Under the pieces are notes generated by a model. It did not search any database and was not told the origin of the DNA. It saw nothing but the letters and a program-made list of their open reading frames with translations. Position numbers and translations under genes: made by a program. This document shows positions 37,707 to 49,669 of a stretch of 64,000 nt of DNA, one piece after another. Within the stretch, counting starts at the first letter, position 1. Each line of letters opens with the position of its first letter. The stretch comes from Gekko japonicus. Lineage: Eukaryota. The stretch is from the NCBI RefSeq assembly GCF_001447785.1, contig NW_015174844.1:408525-472524 (forward strand), written 5' to 3'.

Positions 37707-38478
37707 CAGGGGTTGTTTGGGGCTGGAGCATGCTGGAGCGCTGCTCCGGCAGCCCGCCCCGGCAGTCCCGCCCCTCCCCCTCCACAGAGAAGTCACAGGG
37801 AGGCATTTAAATGTCTCCCCACACTCTCCCCATCCCTTCCAGGGAGGCGAACCAGGAGAGGGTGGGGAGGCCACTAGGAGCCTTTCTTGGCTCGCCCACT
37901 TGGGCGGGCAAGCTGAAGAAGGCACGGGGAGGCATTTAAATGTCTCCCTGCTCTCTCCCTGGCCCTTTCTGGCTCACCCGCCAGGCAGGCGAGCCAGGAG
38001 AAGGCGGGGGGGCTCCAAAAGCAGGCTGGCTGGGGAAGCAAATAAAGGGGGGGAGGCATCTTCAAAAGCCTCCCCTTCCTTTACCCAGCCGGCCTGCCAA
38101 GGTGGGCTGGGGGGGAGCGAAGAGAGAAGGGATTTAAAATGTAAACCCCTTCTCTCTGGAGTCGCACCGCAGCAGTGGCACAATCTTTCCATTGTATTCT
38201 ATGGCCCCATAGAATATAATGGAAAGATGACTCTAGAGACTCTATAAACTTTAAACCCCTTCTCTCTTTGCTTCCCCCCCCCCCGTGCCCACCTTGGCAG
38301 GCCGGCTGAGAAAGGGAAGGGGAGGCTTTTGAAGATGCCTCCCCCATTTCTGCTTCCCCTTCTGACATCACTTCGGTGATGTCAGGGGGCGTGGCATATG
38401 CTAATGAACTATTATGCTAATAGCCTATTAAATATGCTAATGAGCTCCTGCAGCAATTTTTCTATGAAATGACCCTTG
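37707..38478. mobile_element. hAT non-autonomous element, family C, GC-rich, with internal direct and inverted repeats
   Basis: Perfect TSD GTTATGCC at 37699-37706 and 38479-38486. The right ~120 bp is the reverse complement of the left end of 30567-30976. 38045-38155 and 38250-38345 are inverted repeats. Confidence 0.88.
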
Positions 38479-41400
38479 GTTATGCCTATCACTAGGGCAT
38501 GGAAAAGGAACCCTCCACAGACCAGGTAGAATTTGTGCATCTTTTGTGAGATCCCTCGGGTACCCCATCAAGCAGCGAGCAGGCTCATTTCCCTCCAGGA
38601 TCCATAGCATGTCTAAGATACTTGAGTGTTTGTTAGCAGATGTTGGGAGAGCTGGTATGTTAAACCAAATCCCTTGCTAAGTTGCAGAGTGCAGCAGAGC
38701 TCCTTTGTTTAGCATATGTTTGAAAAACTACAAAGTTACACAGAACCACTCATCAGTTTAAAAGAAAACAAGAACTGACTTGTTTAGGAAATACATACTT
38801 GATAGTGCAGCGTAGAGAAAGGGACAGATCCTATTCTACATAGTTAGTGATGGATGTGGATGCAGAGAGGCATTTGGCATCCATGGTGCCAAAGATGGAG
38901 AAATTTGTCCTCCCTCTTTGTATGTGTGTGGGAAGAGAAAGAAGGAGATGGGAGAAAGTTGTTTTCCCTAAGAGTAGCAATACGCACTTCAAAGGGTTCA
39001 ATGACAGAAAAGTAAACAGGAAGATGCTTAGTGTCTGCCTGTCTATCTGTAACTCTCTAATCACTTGCTTCTTGGAGGCTGAGGCACAGGGACATTGCAT
39101 CTAGTTCTTCCAGCAGCAGAGAAATGGGAAGTGGAAATTAGTCTGCTCCGGTCTCTTACAGTTTCTTACAGTATCTCACAAGGACAACATTAGGGCTAGG
39201 AGATGCACACATCTAGGATGGTATGTCCTTTTAAGAGCTCTGAGCACTTAAGTGGGGTAAGTAATTAGGATCAGAGGTGGGCCAAACACATACATATGTG
39301 CCTGCCGTCCAATGACTTTTTAAGTTCAGAAAGGGATGAAACCCCTAAAGTTATTGTTACATAGGAGACAAAATTGGGGTTTTAGAGTTATGTCTATGAA
39401 ATGCACAGTTCCAAAACCCAACTCCTCCACCTCTTGGTTCTCCTCTACTGCTTAGGGAGATGGAAGTAAAGGTGTCCCCTCCTGCGATGTGCCTTTCAGT
39501 TGCAGGCTAGATAGGCAGCTTCCTGGTCTCCTAGCCCCAAATGGCAACAGTCAGGACAATTCTATTTCACCATCAGGGGAATTTCCCATTAGATTCCCCT
39601 TCCCTCTTTTTCTATTGCATGCTCCCATCTTCAGTCTAATAATGAATTGATTGCCCATGGCTGGCCAATACAACAACACAACAAGATGACCCAGTGAGAA
39701 GCTGGCAATTTCTCCATACCTGAAGACTCCCAAAGCATGCAGAAATAAATATTTTGTTTAGATGGAAAAACATCCAGATTTAAAGACTGAGGGCTTCATA
39801 GGCATGCGGTCCTCATGCCCTTGAAATTCTGCCGACCTGAGGGCAGAGCTTCCTTGCAAATCCTGAATGTTTCAGGAGTCAATTATACTTAAACAGGTTT
39901 TTTCTTTTACCTCAATATACTTTAAAATGGCAACAGGAATCATCACACCAGAATGTAGTTGGGGAATGTACTTCCAAATACACATCCCACTAAAAAGTCC
40001 AAAGTTGCTAACAAAGCCCAAAACAATAAAACAATTTTGCAATACAATTACCATAAAATATTATACAATAAATATCAGAATTCAAAACAGGAAAATACAA
40101 CTATAAGACCAACAAGCCTTTATAAATAAAAATGGTATATGGCAAAATCTAAATGACCTTGAACTTGTTCATTGATGAGCTTCCTGTTGAAGAATCTCTG
40201 TAATATTGGGGCCACAGCTGGCAAAGAGTTGCTGGGTTTCTTTACTCATTTTATCCCATGAAAAGATGAACCAGGGTCCCCTTCTGAAAGCACCAGGAGT
40301 CCATAGAGGTTTATATTTATAGATGGCAAATATGTTTTGTATAACAACGACAATTACATCTTCTTCAGCATTCATAGAGATCATTTATATGTATATGCAT
40401 GCCTGGTTTTTGTCCCTACAAAAAACAGTGAAAATGACATGAAAAGGAGTTTTCATACTTCCTTTCCTGAAATCAATAAAAATTCAAAAAATGTCAGTCT
40501 TTTCATTCTTTTTGACCATGTACAGCTTGCGTCTGTAAATTAACTCAGTAAACTATACTCACTTGGGAACGACTTTTATGAACAGCTGATGTGAAGCTTG
40601 AAAAGAGGCAACATATTAAATGATGCTTGAAGAGAAAAAAAGTCTTACATTCCAATACAAGAACATCTGGTTTATTGCAGCAAAAACTACTGTAATTATA
40701 TCAGTGTTGTCTGTTGGAAGGACTGCTCTATGTTAGGTTAGGATTGTGGGTTTCCATAATACACACAGTTTTGAAAAAGTGAGTGGTGGGGTTTGGATTG
40801 AATTTCTCAGTATGTTCGATTGAACTGAACTGAATTATAATTTTAGCCAATTCCCCCACACCACACCCCAGGAAAATTTGGAAAGCTGCTGAAGGACAGC
40901 CTTTCTAACAATACATTTCTTGACATTTTGGTAGTGATGTTGGTCCTCCTCCCTATTAAATTAAATGTTCGCTAATGACAAAAGTCTTTTTCAAGACCAT
41001 AAATACCTGGGTTGCTACAATAATAATACTCTTACTGTAATGCCAATATTTATCTCTCACTTTACGAAGGTGAACAATTAATACATCCATTGTAAAGAAT
41101 GAGGAAAACATATTTGTGGGAGAGTGTGCAAATTGCACATGTACTTGGGGCAGAATATGGACCTTGTATTAGAGTAAACCCATATCTGATTTGTTCAAGA
41201 TGGTGCAGATACACAAGTGCAGCATTCCATGGATTTGCATGAGCATTGTATGAGCCTGCCTATTACATGGCTTACAATTGGCCCATCTAGCTAAATATTG
41301 ACTGAAAGTAGTTTTCTAGAGTCTCCACAGAGTTTTGTTTTTCCCTGCACCTGCTTCTTGAGATCCTTTGATCAGAGAGGCCAGAGACTCAACTGGGACC

Positions 41401-41547
41401 ATGTGAAGAAGGTGCCCCCCCCTACCACTGAGTTCCCTTCTAAGGCTGCTGCAATTTGAACCTTACTTTTGCATCAGTGCCCTTTGCAACCCACTGTGTT
41501 ATGCTTGTCCCTTACATAACAGTCTACAGATATGGACCATGATAAGA

Positions 41548-42562
41548 GGAAGTACTTCTTCACCCAAAGAGTGATTAACACTTGGAATTCACTGCCACAG
41601 GAAGTGGTGGCGGCTACAAGCATAGACGGCTTCAAAAGGGAATTAGATAAGCATATGGAGCAGAGGTCCATCAGTGGCTATTAGCCACAAGGTATAGATA
41701 GGGGCTCTGGGGCAAGTGATGCTCTGTCATCTTGGTGCTTGGGGGGGTCAACAGTGGGAGGGCTTCTAATGTCCTGGCCCCACTGGTGGACCTCCTGATG
41801 GCACTGGTATTTCTGGCCACTGTGTGATACAGAGGGTGCGTTCAGACGGGGCCTTTCTGCCGGCATAAATGCGATCACACTTACCTCCATTTTGCGGCTC
41901 CCATCGGTGTATGCCCGGTCACATGCTGCGGGCGTCGGCGTTTGTTTTTTTTAAACACAGTTTGAGCAGGCGCATAGGAAGCCATTCACAAAATGGCGAT
42001 CTTTGCGCATGCTGACCCCCCCCATTACATTTAAACTTTAAAGGTAAGGACTTACCTTTAAAGTTTAAAGCCCAAACTTTAAGGGGCTTTAAACTTTAAG
42101 GGGCTTTAAAGTTTAAAGCCCCTTAAGTCCCGAACTCCTCCGGATAGTTAAAGTAAGGGCTTTTTTTAAAAAAACAAACGCTCAGGGCGAAGCTTTGCCC
42201 AAGCGCATATTGCTCAGTTTTTTAAAAAAATGGCGGGGGAAAAACGGAAGCCTCAGGCTTCCGACGGAAATGGCTAGGCACCGGTGGAGAGCGATCAGAC
42301 GGCGAGGTACAGCGTTTACAACCGTTGCACTCAGGATACCACCACTTGGGACCTAGTGGCAGAGTGCAATGGTGTAAAGGGCTTTACACCGGTTAGGGAC
42401 AGGAGGCAGATGTTCCCCGTCTGAACGCCAGTGAGTACAACGATTGCAACCGGCACCTATACCGATGTAAAGCCCCCATCTGAACGCACCCAGAGTGTTG
42501 GACTGGATGGGCCTTTGGCCTGATCCAACATTGGCATCTCTTATGTTCTTATGTTCTTATGA
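41548..42562 (+). mobile_element. CR1 3' end interrupted by a DNA transposon
   Basis: Near-identical to the CR1 3' ends at 31500-31853 and 34415-34760; (TTCTTATG)n tail. Confidence 0.93.
41834..42491. mobile_element. PIF/Harbinger-like non-autonomous element, 658 bp
   Basis: 18-bp TIRs GGGTGCGTTCAGACGGGG / CCCCATCTGAACGCACCC (1 mismatch); 3-bp TSD AGA, defined by the intact CR1 target GATACAGAGTGTTGG in sister copies. Confidence 0.88.
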
Positions 42563-43324
42563 TCTCCTGAAGCCCACATGTTTTGCTTAAGTGGAGCTGG
42601 GTTGTAAAAAGAAATCCCTTTTTCTTTCGTGTGTCAAACATGTTTTGAGCTTTTAATATAGAACTGAAAAACAATAAACTTTTTAAAGCCCAAGACATAG
42701 TTTTCAGTTCTCCTGCTTTTGTTTCTGTTTTTATAGCATTTCATTAGTAACCTCTAGACAGCAAAAAATTTGCTCATGGCTGACTGACTTCCTCCCTTGG
42801 TGATCGTAAGTCATCCCTGATTGGTCTGCCTGCCTTTCATCTTTGCTTAGCTCAAATCAGACTTGCTCTCAGGATGTGTTCATTTCCAGTTCAAGGTCCC
42901 CACACTACATTATGCAGATAAAGCTATTTATGGTGCTGGCTGTACTGTAGGTAGAGAAGACAGCGTAGCACCTGGATCTTCTAGAAGATCCGGTTGCCCA
43001 CCCATATATTATTTCAGCTTTCCCCTTGGAGAGTCTGTACTGCTCATTCACTTTGGAGAAGCTATTTACATGGTAATTTGTGAAGGAATTTATTTCTTTA
43101 CAGATGGATAGAAAACACAGATGGAAGACATTTACTCATCTGTTTGGGACACAGGAATAATAATAAAAAAGGTCCTGGAATTTTAAATCTTCCTCCTCCT
43201 GGAATGGTTTTAAATCAGTGTGGCATGAAAGCTGGAAGAGATGTAATCTTTTACAGCAAGCATGATTTGGGACCAATATCTGTGTGGGAAATGGAGATAT
43301 CAATATATATTCCCGATATCTATG

Positions 43325-43720
43325 AAGTGGCTCCAGATGTAGATGCTGTTGCACCATTTTGGATCAGTGACCACAGCGCTATTAAGTTCAGCATTCGTGT
43401 CAACTGAAAGTTACCTGTAAAGTTCAAAACAGTCAAATTTGATTTCAAAAGAGGGAACTTCACGAAAATGACAGGACTAGTTAGAAAGAACCTGAAAGGG
43501 AAGCACAAGAGACTTAGATCCCTAGAGGATGCTTGGAAGCAATTTAAAACTATACTAATTAAAGCTCAGATAGAATGCATTCCCTGGGTTAGGAAAGATG
43601 CTGCAAAGTCTAAGAGGTGCCTGCATAGTTAAGAATCCAAGTCAAGGAAGCCATAAAAGACAAAAAAGCTTTTTTTTTAAAGTAGAAGTTCTGCCTAATG
43701 TAAAGAGAGGGTCTGGCAAA
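43325..43720 (+). mobile_element. Decayed CR1 ORF2 internal fragment
   Basis: VAPFWISDH..FDFKRGNF is homologous to IAPLGNSDH..FNFKRGNF of the CR1 at 36540-36842. Confidence 0.78.
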
Positions 43721-43984
43721 AGAAAAGAGAATTAAAAGAGTGAATGCTGAAGTTACCTAGGACAATCAGCCTAGGGGTCATCAACACCATCCCCAAAACC
43801 ACCTTTGTCAGCTCAGACAGGGAGACTATTAGGTAGTAGGTGGGTGGTACACCAACAGAATCGCTATCCTGTCTCTTAATCTCAACATTAGGTACAGTGA
43901 CACCACCTCCCACCAGACTTATGCTGATATATCACCAAGTACCCTAGGGACACACTTGGGTCTCAGCGATACCTGCAAAGTGAA

Positions 43985-44170
43985 GGGGGGGAGTCAGTTT
44001 TATACCCTGCTCTTCACTACCTGAAGGAGTCTTGGAGCAGTTTACAATCACCTTTCCTTCCTCTCCCCACAACAGACACCCTGTGAAGTAGGTGGGGCTA
44101 AGAGAGTTCTGAGAGAACTGTGACTCACCCAAGGTTATCCAGCTGGCTTTATATGGAGGAGTGGTGTAAA
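43985..44170 (-). mobile_element. Squam3-like SINE fragment
   Basis: CCCCACAACAGACACCCTGTGAAGTAGGTGGGGCT is the reverse complement of the SINE body at 23780-23815. Confidence 0.8.
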
Positions 44171-44461
44171 TTCTGGATGGCTGCTGTTTTTCCTGTGACC
44201 GACCTGGCATTTAGCAGCAAGATTTTATAGCCTGGTGGGTTGTTGATATGGTTACTAATATCACTTCAGCTGGATGAAGAGCCAGACAATGTGCAATTAG
44301 CTGTTGTCCCTTCCCTGGCCTGTTGTCTTCTCACCATCATATCTCCCCTTACCCCACACACTATGGATCAAAGCATAATCTTTCTTTCTCTACAAGCATA
44401 TCTCTCTGACCAGCAGGCAAAGGAGCCAATTAGCCAAGAGGCAGCAAAATAAAGACACAAG

Positions 44462-44527
44462 CAGTGTTCCCTCTAAGCTGAGTCAGTGTGAGCTAGCTCA
44501 CACTGACTCAGCTTAGAGGGAACATTG
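44462..44527. mobile_element. 66-bp palindromic derivative of hAT MITE family A
   Basis: Self-complementary except one pair; perfect TSD GACACAAG at 44454-44461 and 44528-44535. Confidence 0.92.
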
Positions 44528-44556
44528 GACACAAGTATAGACAATACTCATTAAAC

Positions 44557-44865
44557 CAGTAGTCCCTAGCCTTTTTGAGCCTGCAGGCGCTTTTGGAATT
44601 CTGGCACAACCACAAAATTGGCTGCTGTAGGAGGTAGAGCCAGCTACAAAACGATTGCTCCAGCTTCCCTTCAACTCCACAGTGAAGATCCTTGTGCTGC
44701 CAAAGCCAACATTTATAAAAGTTTGCACAACCAATCAAATCTCCAGTGGCTAATCAGAAGTCTTACTGGGTAAAAGCCACACCTGGCCCACCCATTTTCT
44801 AAAAACACTTGGAAAGTACCAGAAAAGTGCTATGGCACCCACGGGCATAATGTTGAGGATCCCTG
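44557..44865. mobile_element. Older hAT (Charlie-like) MITE
   Basis: CAGTAGTCCCTAGC...GTTGAGGATCCCTG; TSD CATTAAAC/CACTAAAC; related fragment at ~19110-19245. Confidence 0.75.
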
Positions 44866-47800
44866 CACTAAACAAAAATCCAGACTCACCTCTCACCTGG
44901 ATCTTGGAAAACAATAAAATAAGATTTTTTTCTCTGGAATAGGTTAGGTAAATGATGGAGAAGGATGCTGCAATAAAGAAAGCATGAGAACAGGCAGAGG
45001 AAGAGCATACTACCTGTAATTGCTTTCACATTTTTAATGATGGCAAATGGGGAGGGGTGATCATACTGTGGTAGAGAAGTGATGCTTCAGTTATGTGGGT
45101 CCTAGTATCTCAATTGCACAACAATCTATAGGTAATTTACTCTTTGCACATTTAAGCTATGGTCCAATTCCCATCTATTCGATGATGTTAATTAGAGAAG
45201 CTAACAACCTTATGATTCCAAGAATGGGTATAAAAAATGTGAGTCCAGAAGAGACAAGAAAGCTATATAACCACCATGTACTCATGTCAGAACACACACT
45301 AGTGGAAGTATAATCGAAGGCTGGTGAAGAATCCACTTTTTGTACCTCTTTCAGCACTCTAGCTAAGATGTGCTTGAAGTGCATTAATTAATAAGTAATC
45401 TACATAAAGTGATCTTGAGTATGCAACACTGTTCTGGTGCCCTAGACAGAATTACTCTTCATAGCAGTCCTTGTCTTTGTGCTAAACATTTATTCCCATG
45501 GTGATACGCTTATGATTTCATAAATTTAATAAATTATAGTACATTTACAGTGCAGTCCTAAGAAAAATCACACACTTCTAAACTCATTGCAACTGGGTTT
45601 AGGATTGTACTGTTAGATTCAGGATTTTGTTATGATGTGCATTGGGTATTTGCTATAAGTGGACCAGAGTGGAGGCAACTGAAACTAAAGGCTTCCAAAA
45701 TCTTTCCAAACTGCTTAGCAACAGAAAGAAATAGGCATGAGCATTGGGTTCAAGCCCTTAACTCTATATAATATAGTTTCACAAGCTACATTAATGCCAC
45801 ATCTCAAGTCAATACATTACACTCAGGTACAAGATGTTTCATAGGATTAAAGAGCCAAATGTTCTTAATCTATTGACTATCAAAATGGCTACCTCTGGTT
45901 TGCTACTCATACCATCTGTTGGCAACAGGTTTTATCTGTAGTGTTAGGCCAGATTATTAATTGTTAACTGATTCTTAAATGCTGACTTTTTAGAAGCCTG
46001 TCTTTAACAACTGAGAAATGTCTTCTCTCATTGATTTCATTAGATTTTTTTGCAAAGCTGGGGGTTGGGAAAGCTTATACTGCATAAGGCTGTTTAGGAT
46101 TATTTCTTCTAGCTACATGTGATACAAATAAAGCCCCAGGATTTTGGCTCAGAAGATGGAATGATGCTACTATCTCTCAGACATTTCTGGTGTCCTTAAT
46201 TGCAGAAAATTTTGAATTATGGGTGTCACATTAGATATAGCTTAAATATTTCAATAGTCTTCACAACTCCAAATGCTCTGGTTTCTTCGGCACAGAAGAA
46301 CTTGCCAACCATATACAATCACAATTACTTACTGAATTTCTTTTTCCCACCCTCTCAGCCTCAGGATACAGAGTTATCTGGAATGTATAGTTGGAAGAAA
46401 AATGGCTCCTTCATCTTAGTTCCACTAAGTATTACTAAAATGGTTGCTCCTGTCTCCTTGGCATGGATGTCTAAAAACCAGACAAACATTTTTTTAAAAA
46501 AATTACATTTCTTTCCAATCTCTACAAGATCTTTTCTGTAGATCACACATTTGGTCATTAAATTTCCAGTTTGGAAATGATCACAATGTAACTCTACCTT
46601 TTTTTATTTCTCTTGCCCCTCACAATATTAATCCTGTGAACTTTATCTGGATTACAGATGCCTTATTTCTTTATTTCTATGGTGGTTAGACATATACCCA
46701 CACTGAATTTTTAGTTGTCTCTGCTCTTTTCATTACCTCATGTTGCAGTGCAGGGGTAAAGCAATCATGCTGGCCATTCTTCATTTTTGAAGTGTCAAAT
46801 ACTAATTACACAAGGGCACGCTATCATTAAGTATTTCAAAGTGCTGCCACTTTTATATATGAGAATTATTATTCCATGCTTGAGCCTCCTGTCAGTTGAG
46901 ACATTCTGTTCCCTTCATTCAGTTACTGCCAGCCTTCCCTCTTCATTTTTTTCTATGCCACTTTCACTCCTGTTACTTATCAGGAATTTGCCTTTATAGA
47001 AAATTTCATGACCACACACCCTTCCCCTACCTGACTGGAACTCTTGATGTGCTTACAGGACAACAACCCACATCCAATGTCTACAAAAACAGCAGCAGTT
47101 TCTCCATATTATTATTCTCTTCTGTTAAATACTGTGTTCCATGGATGGTCCGATCCCAAGCTTAGTGATCAGCCCTACTTTATTAGTGATTCAGCAAGAA
47201 CAAAAACCCAATAGCCAGGGCAACTGCCCTATTTAAATAGCATGCAACTCCACCCACTTCCCCAAACAACTACCAATGATAGGCCATTGTCAGAACCATT
47301 GATTTCTCATTGGCCACCTCCAGAGTCCTGGTGGGCTATTGTTCTAGAGCTCCAAGCTCAGCCAGTCTCTGGTAGAAACAGTCCTGCAATGTTCCGGTCG
47401 CAATACATAACACCCCTCCCCCCTAAGTTCCAAAACACCTTAACACACATATTCTTCCAGGTATGCTGGCTTGCACCTTTCCTGGTGAGAGCGTCTATGC
47501 TCGGTTGCTGCTGGAGCAGTCACAGGAGCTGTGTCTGGGGTCGCTGTAGTGGTGCTGGGAAAAGGTGGCGACGCAGGAACAGAGTCCGAGGGCTTTGGAA
47601 CAGTCTGTATGGGCGTGGGTGACTCCGCACGGTTGGGATGGTCTCTGGTGCGCAGTGCATCACCCTTCAAGCTGTGCTCTGGCAGCAGTGGTACCAGCTC
47701 CGGGCAGTTGGCTTCCACAGCGGCTGGTGCTGGCTTGGCTACCTCTAGCAGGAGACAGCGGCGAAGCTGGTCAATGTGCCTGTGCAGGATCTCTCTATCG

Positions 47801-48671
47801 TCCGTGGAGACATTGTACAACACTGGATTGATGACCCTGATGACCTTTGTGGAAACCCACAGAGGGTCGCTGGATTAGTTCCGAGCATAGATGGGGTCAC
47901 CTGGGAAGAACCCTCTGGGTGCTTCTTGCACCTCCGAAAATGGGGGGTTCTCTGGTGCTCAATCCAGGTGCAGCCAGTCTAACTGGGTTGTGAGGCACCA
48001 GCCCATAAGGAGCTCCACTGAGCTGCGGCCGGTGGTGGAGCTCAGAGTTACCCAGTGACCCAAGAGGAAAATTGCCAACCGGTGCTCCCAGTCGCCCTGG
48101 ATGAGCCACCTGAGGAAGGTCCGCACCATCCTTTCCGCTTGTCCGTTGGTGGCCAGGTGGAACGGTGCAGACTGGATGTGGTGGATCAGGTAGTAGCCCA
48201 AGAATTTCTGAAACTCTCCTGACGTAAAAGCAGTCCCATTATCCGTCACGACCATGTCAGGCAGGCTGTGCGTGCAGAAAATCTGAGTGAGGGCCTGGAT
48301 GGATACCTGGGGAGGAGGTGGAGGCGACAGGAACAACCTCCAGCCATTTGGTATAGAAGTCCAGGTGCACCCGGGACCATGGCGTGTGAGTGGACTCCCA
48401 CTGCTGTACAGGAGCTTGGGGGGGCTCTGGTTGGGTCTCCTGGCAGGCCTGGCAGCACTTGACCCAGGCCTCAATCTCTCAATTGATCCCTGGCAACCAC
48501 ATGTAGCTGCGGGCCAGGGCCTTCATCCTTACAATGCCGGGGTGTGCCTCGTGGAGAGCCGCGAGGACCCTCTGTCTCAGGGTTCCCCAGAGCAGGCACC
48601 CCTTGTGTGTGGAGAGCTCACTGCGGTGAGATGAGAAAATTGAAAAATCTGGGCCCACCCAGTTGGTGGGC

Positions 48672-48981
48672 TAGGCTTGCCCAATGTGCCCGGGGGGCGG
48701 GTAACCCCCCACTTTGGAGCCCCCGATTCCCGCCCTGACGGAATCGGGGCCCGGGAGAACCCCGCCTCCGAAGCTGCGTCACCGACGTTGGGGGCGTGGC
48801 TGAGCTCGTCGGGGGGGGGGGGAATCATATGTTTCCCCCCCGACGAGCTCGGCCACGCCCCCAACGTCTGACGTCACTTTCGGTGATGTTGCGGCGGCGC
48901 GTGTGCACGAGCACACACGGACTGCTCCCGGACGGGACGGAGCCTCCCCTGCCGGTGAGTGAAAACTATTTGGCAACCCTA
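48672..48981. mobile_element. hAT MITE, family B, nested in Gypsy pol
   Basis: TAGGCTTGCC...TGGCAACCCTA; perfect TSD TGGTGGGC at 48664-48671 and 48982-48989; homologous to 14958-15290 in opposite orientation. Confidence 0.92.
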
Positions 48982-49669
48982 TGGTGGGCCATCCCTCCAC
49001 ACCTAATCCAAAATGTGGGAGAGGATGCAGTCCTTGGAGGAATGGCGGGCAACGTCCACAGCATGGATAGGCCAGTCTGGGAGTTCCTCAACGAGGAGGA
49101 TCTGGTGTGCGGGAGCCGGGTCGGGGTCAATGGAACGCAGTGGCAGGTGGCTGAGTGTGTCAGCATGTCCCACCACCTTCCCTGGGTGATACTGAAGACC
49201 ATACTGGTAGCCGGCGAGGAAGATCGACCAGCCCAAGACCCACAGTCGCGGCATTTGTGGCATCTGGCAGTCTGGAGCAAAGAGGCCCAGCAACCGCTTG
49301 TGGTCTGTTATGATGGTGAAGGGCCGGCCATACAGGAAGTCATGGAACTTCTTCACCCCCACCATAATTGCCAAGCCCTCCTTGTCTATCTGCATGTAGT
49401 TGTGCTCGGCAGATGACAAAGTGCGGGAGTAGTATGCCACTGGGCCCTCCCAGCCATGAGGCAGCTTGTGCCCCAAGATGGCGCCAACTCTGTACGGGGA
49501 GGCATCACAGGTGAGGATGACTGGCAACTGTTCATCGAAGTGGGCCAGGACCGAATTGGATACCAGCAGGTTCTTGACTGCCTGGAAAGCATCGACTTGC
49601 CTTTGGCCCCAGACCCAGTCCTCTTCCACGAGGTGGTGATCAGAACATCATCAAAAAATGGTGTGACTC

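Noticed and set aside
37692-38371. GC-rich ORFs or CpG-island promoters (also 14892-15703, 48544-49000 and 55785-56137)
   Set aside because: All lie within TIR-bounded non-autonomous DNA transposons; the open frames reflect high GC content.
42974-42991. 18-bp palindrome GGATCTTCTAGAAGATCC
   Set aside because: Isolated, with no TSD or context; probably a remnant of an old repeat or a local fold-back mutation.
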